From positions 1-37,171 of the IMG/VR virus record IMGVR_UViG_3300050331_000089: DNA of 37,171 nucleotides; one strand, 5' to 3'. The DNA comes from a virus. Lineage: Duplodnaviria > Caudoviricetes. The notes below the pieces were generated by a model that saw nothing but the letters and a program-made list of their open reading frames with translations, was not told where the DNA came from and did no database searches. Below are positions 33,491 to 37,171 of this stretch, piece after piece (the first letter of the stretch is position 1; each line of letters starts with the position of its first letter). The position numbers and the translations under genes were made by a program.

Positions 33491-35707
33491 ATGCCTGTTC
33501 CCGAGCAAACGCCCGTTTCCACCTTCATCGGCAACGGCGTCACCACTATCTTCCCCTTTGCCTGGGGCGCGGGCGCCGCCTCCCACATCGTGGTCGAAGT
33601 CGATGGCGTCGCGATCGTGCAGGGCGTCGACTACACGGTGTCGGCGCTGACGGGCACCAGTGGCGAGGTGACCATCACGCCGGCGCCCGCCAATCTCGCG
33701 GCGATCACCGTCTTCCGGCGTTCGCCACTCGAGCGATCGATCGACTATCAGGAAAACGGCCCACTGCAGGCCGAGACGGTCGACCGAGACTTCGACAACG
33801 TCTGGCGCGCGCTTCAGGACATGGCGCGGCGCATGACACTGGCGCCCGCGCTTCCCAATGGCTCGCCACTCTCCGGACTGGTTGCGTTGCCAACGCCAGG
33901 AGCTGGGAAGTTCCTGCGGTGGAACGACGCGGGCGACAACCTGGAGGCCACGGATGTTGCCGCTCTGGGAACGGCGATCTCCGACCTGGGCAAGGTGCTC
34001 ATTGCCGACGCCACTTCGGAGGACATGCTGACGACGCTCGCGCCCAAGCGCGCCGAGGCAGGTGCGGTGCGTGTGCCCGTGCTCTCGAAACTGCGCGAAC
34101 GCGTCAGCGTCATAGACTTCGGCGCGGTGGGCGATGGCATCACGGACGACACCGCAGCGTTTCAGCACGCGCTGGCAGCGCTCAACGTCGTCTCGCCGTT
34201 CGGCGCGATGCTGTGCGTCCCCGCCGGCGTCTACCGGCTGACCGCCACCCTGGACATTCCCACCTACGTCAGCATCGAGGGCGACGGCCGGTGGAATACC
34301 CGCCTGATGTTCGAGGGCGCCATTGGTGTGTGCATCAATCTCGCCGGCGCGGACACGGGCGACAAGCGTCAGTCGGTGCTAAGCCGGATGCGCATCGACG
34401 GCACGAAGTGCACTGGCGCTTCGGCGGTCGGCGTGCTCTGCAACTGGAACCAAAGCCAGTCGCCGCTACTCGATGAGGTGACGATCTACGGCGGCTACGA
34501 AGCGGAGGGCGCCGGCACCGGGCTGTCCACCGGCCTAGCCTTCGTCGCCAACGGAAATAACTGGATTGTCGACTTCAACGCGGTGGCGGTCGAGGGATGC
34601 CGCACCACCAGCCTGGCGATCGACGCGAGTCCTGCCGGCTACGCCAACATCATCAACTTCGTGACAAGCCGGTTCGAGAACTGCAGGGGCCGCAACCTCT
34701 ATATCAAGGGGCCGGGCGACAGCGTTTCTTCGTTGTCGATCAGTTTCGTCGGCTGCACGATCGAAGGGGCGAGCTTTCAGACCACGGGCGTGAACGAGGA
34801 TGTGCTGGTGGACGGCGCCGGCGTGAACTTCAACAGCTGCTGGTTCGAGTCGCACGGCACCCCGAACTGGCCGGTCTACGAGATCAACATGCTCGGCGCG
34901 GCATGGGTGAGTTTCCACTCCTGCAACTGGGCATGGTCGAACTACGCCGTCAACGTTCGAGGGCGCGTGACCTTCTCCGGTATGAACACCATCCGCTCGA
35001 ACAGCGGCGGCATCATCGTCGCGGATGGCGGGCGGCTCACGCTTACGGGCGACGTGGCGTTTCTCGGCGCCGGCGTGCCCATCCAGTCGAACGACGCAAC
35101 CGGCATCCTCGACTGGTCGCGCGATGCGCACGCGCCGAAGACCTCAACCGGCGCGATCCCGACAAGCGACTTCGGCGCTACGGTGTCCAACGCCGGCGCG
35201 AAGGCGGGCATCACGCTCACCCTGCCCAACGGTGTCTCCGGCGCCACGCTGCGCATCGTCAATGCGGCGCTGTCGTTGCGCAACGCCGCCTTCGAGTGGC
35301 GCCTGAGCGCCGGGGGCACGGGCGAGTACTACCTCGTCGCCGCGGGTGGCGGCAACCCCGGCGTCTCCAAGCCGACCAAGCTCTACGCGTACGGTGCGGA
35401 AATCACCGAGGGCACGCCGGGGTCGCTCGGCACGCCGCGCTGGGGCTACGGCAACAACGACGCTCTCGGATTCAGCACGATCTACTACAAGGACGGCGGC
35501 GGCGACCCGGACAGCTTCAGCGCCGACACGATCATGGCGAGCTACCCGGTGACGGTCGCCCCGTCGAATAGTCAGCGCATTGTCCCGCTCGGCACGAGCT
35601 CGGCGGATTCGATCGTCAGCGACGGTATTCCCGGCTCGTCGATCAAGCTGCGCTGCGTTGACAAGTCGTGGTGGCTGATCGAAGACCGGATCGGGGCGTG
35701 GACGTGA
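33491..35707 (+). CDS. Tailspike/tail fibre with a T7-gp17-like anchor and a right-handed beta-helix (pectate-lyase-3-like) domain
   Basis: GNGVTT.FPF, GVDYTV, DRDFD.VW..LQ anchor; KLRERVSVIDFGAVGDGITDDTAAFQ.A, VPAGVY; Asn/Cys-ladder repeats. Confidence 0.9.
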   Translation: MPVPEQTPVSTFIGNGVTTIFPFAWGAGAASHIVVEVDGVAIVQGVDYTVSALTGTSGEVTITPAPANLAAITVFRRSPLERSIDYQENGPLQAETVDRDFDNVWRALQDMARRMTLAPALPNGSPLSGLVALPTPGAGKFLRWNDAGDNLEATDVAALGTAISDLGKVLIADATSEDMLTTLAPKRAEAGAVRVPVLSKLRERVSVIDFGAVGDGITDDTAAFQHALAALNVVSPFGAMLCVPAGVYRLTATLDIPTYVSIEGDGRWNTRLMFEGAIGVCINLAGADTGDKRQSVLSRMRIDGTKCTGASAVGVLCNWNQSQSPLLDEVTIYGGYEAEGAGTGLSTGLAFVANGNNWIVDFNAVAVEGCRTTSLAIDASPAGYANIINFVTSRFENCRGRNLYIKGPGDSVSSLSISFVGCTIEGASFQTTGVNEDVLVDGAGVNFNSCWFESHGTPNWPVYEINMLGAAWVSFHSCNWAWSNYAVNVRGRVTFSGMNTIRSNSGGIIVADGGRLTLTGDVAFLGAGVPIQSNDATGILDWSRDAHAPKTSTGAIPTSDFGATVSNAGAKAGITLTLPNGVSGATLRIVNAALSLRNAAFEWRLSAGGTGEYYLVAAGGGNPGVSKPTKLYAYGAEITEGTPGSLGTPRWGYGNNDALGFSTIYYKDGGGDPDSFSADTIMASYPVTVAPSNSQRIVPLGTSSADSIVSDGIPGSSIKLRCVDKSWWLIEDRIGAWT

Positions 35708-35898
35708 TGGGCGAAGCTGAACTGACGGATCGCGAGATGCTGATCGCACGCAAAGCGGCAAAGCTGGCAATCGAGGAGATGACGAACGAGATCTACCGCC
35801 AGGTCGGAAAGAGCTTCCTCACGCGCATATTTGTCTGGGTCGGTGCCGTGGCCGTGGGCTTCGCGGTCGCCAAGGGATGGATCACATGGAAGCCCTGA
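35707..35898 (+). CDS. Putative holin or antiholin (single TM)
   Basis: 63 aa, C-terminal TM (IFVWVGAVAVGFAVA); immediately before the endolysin. Confidence 0.6.
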   Translation: MGEAELTDREMLIARKAAKLAIEEMTNEIYRQVGKSFLTRIFVWVGAVAVGFAVAKGWITWKP

Positions 35899-36956
35899 TC
35901 GACGCACTGCGCTCGCCGAACGTCCGTGCGTTCCTGCGTGCGATCAGGCTCGGCGAGGGTACGTCGGACGACGCGGGCTACCGGCGCCTGTTCGGCGGTG
36001 GCGATTTCGAATCGTTCGCCGATCACCCGAGAGTGCGCACCTACGAGAAGCACGACGGCCAGTTCATCAGGAACGGCAAGATCGACTTCACGACCGCGGC
36101 GGGCGCCTACCAGATCACCGCGTCGACATGGGACGAAGTGCGCGCCAGGTACGGTCTGCCCGACTTCTCGCCGACCTCGCAGGACTTGGCCGCCGTCGGA
36201 TTGCTGATCCGTCGTAAGGCGCTCGACGACGTCATCGCCGGGCGCATCGAGGCCGCGATCGCGAAGTGCCGACTCGAGTGGGCGTCGTTGCCCGGCTCGC
36301 CATACGGCCAGCGCACCGAGAGCATGCAGCGCGTGCTCGACACCTACGTCGCATCGGGCGGTGCATTCGCGCCGGCGCCGTCCGCCGCACCCCCGACCCC
36401 GCAGCAGATCGCCACATCCCCGCAATCCATCCCCGTGGAGGCACACCCCATGACCCCGTTCATCGCCGCGGCGCTGCCCGCGCTCGTGCAGCAGATTCCC
36501 GAGCTGATCCGATCCTTCGGCGACGGCAAGGTCACCGAGCGCAACGCCAAGGCCGCCGAGGCAGTCCTGCAGATCGCGCAGCAGGCGACCAACACGCCGA
36601 ACGCGCAGGCGGCCATCGAGGCCGTCCAGAGCGATCCTGCGGCGCTGGAAGCGGCCCGCGCGGCGCTCGAGCGCGACCACTGGCTCGAGGCGACGGAGGC
36701 CGGCGGCGGCGGCATCGCGGGCGCCCGCGAATTCAACCTGCAGGTGTCCGACGGCAACCCGCTGATGATGCCCGCGCTGTGGATCTCGGTCATGCTGCTG
36801 ATCCCGGTCTACGTCGTCGTCGGCGCCGTGGTGCTCGGCGATGGCTGGTCGGCCGAGGTGCGCATCCAAGTCGTCACCGCCGTGCTAGCGACGATGGGCA
36901 TCGTCGGCGCGTTCTGGCTCGGCAGCTCGTTCGCGAAGTCGAGGCAGCAGCAATGA
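35886..36956 (+). CDS. Lambda-R-like endolysin fused to a holin-like membrane domain
   Basis: NVRAFL..IR.GEGT, F..F.DHP, TAAGAYQ...TW, DFSP.SQD.AA, EWASLPG.PYGQ; Pro-rich linker; two C-terminal TMs ending FWLGSS. Confidence 0.88.
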   Translation: MEALIDALRSPNVRAFLRAIRLGEGTSDDAGYRRLFGGGDFESFADHPRVRTYEKHDGQFIRNGKIDFTTAAGAYQITASTWDEVRARYGLPDFSPTSQDLAAVGLLIRRKALDDVIAGRIEAAIAKCRLEWASLPGSPYGQRTESMQRVLDTYVASGGAFAPAPSAAPPTPQQIATSPQSIPVEAHPMTPFIAAALPALVQQIPELIRSFGDGKVTERNAKAAEAVLQIAQQATNTPNAQAAIEAVQSDPAALEAARAALERDHWLEATEAGGGGIAGAREFNLQVSDGNPLMMPALWISVMLLIPVYVVVGAVVLGDGWSAEVRIQVVTAVLATMGIVGAFWLGSSFAKSRQQQ

Positions 36957-37171
36957 GCCGCGAGACCGCCCTTCTGCTGCGCGGCGCCGCGCTCGCGATC
37001 ATCCTGGTGCTCGTCGTGTGGATCCTCGGAGGGTGCGCGAAGCCCGCCGCGGCGTCGGCGCCGAAACCCGTCTTCCCGGACGACATGCGCCTCGTCTGCT
37101 ACCAGGGCGCCTACTGGATCGGCTCGGTCAGCGCCGACCAGGTCGTGCGGCTGCCGCTGTCATGCACCTGA
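36953..37171 (+). CDS. Small lipoprotein (possible spanin component)
   Basis: MSRETALLLRGAALAIILVLVVWILGG-C lipobox; ATGA overlap with the lysin; two further Cys. Confidence 0.65.
   Translation: MSRETALLLRGAALAIILVLVVWILGGCAKPAAASAPKPVFPDDMRLVCYQGAYWIGSVSADQVVRLPLSCT

Noticed and set aside
33491-37171. Diversity-generating retroelement, as in BPP-1
   Set aside because: No reverse transcriptase, Avd or TR/VR repeat pair is visible in the window.

Overview
The window is a near-complete temperate prophage of about 37 kb with high GC (roughly 70% by eye; the host is probably a betaproteobacterium, which is inferred only). It sits next to the 3' half of an initiator tRNA-Met gene (1-44), into which the serine integrase ORF reads antisense. 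The layout is lambdoid. The leftward early arm holds the integrase, a DUF550 dNTP pyrophosphohydrolase, a Beta-like annealase and a RecE-like exonuclease. The immunity region has TACACC-N4-GGTGTA operators at oL and oR, a cI-like repressor with no visible S24 protease domain, cro and a cII-like gene. It is followed by a C5 methyltransferase, O/P-like replication genes, a RuvC-like resolvase and a BPP-1/epsilon15-type podovirus virion module: portal, scaffold, capsid, cement protein, tail tube A/B, GNAT, four ejection proteins, TerS/TerL and a tailspike. A lysis cassette ends the window. Most notable: (i) cargo between oL and cI, namely a RelE-like toxin with an atypical antitoxin and three genes in the rexAB position, two of them membrane proteins (candidate anti-phage systems); (ii) a PBECR-like nuclease domain inserted in an ejection protein; (iii) an endolysin-holin fusion with an internal start; (iv) a thrice-repeated late-promoter-like motif; (v) a covarying twin-hairpin element before the capsid gene. 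No right attachment site is visible. All calls come from motif recognition and synteny; no searches were run.
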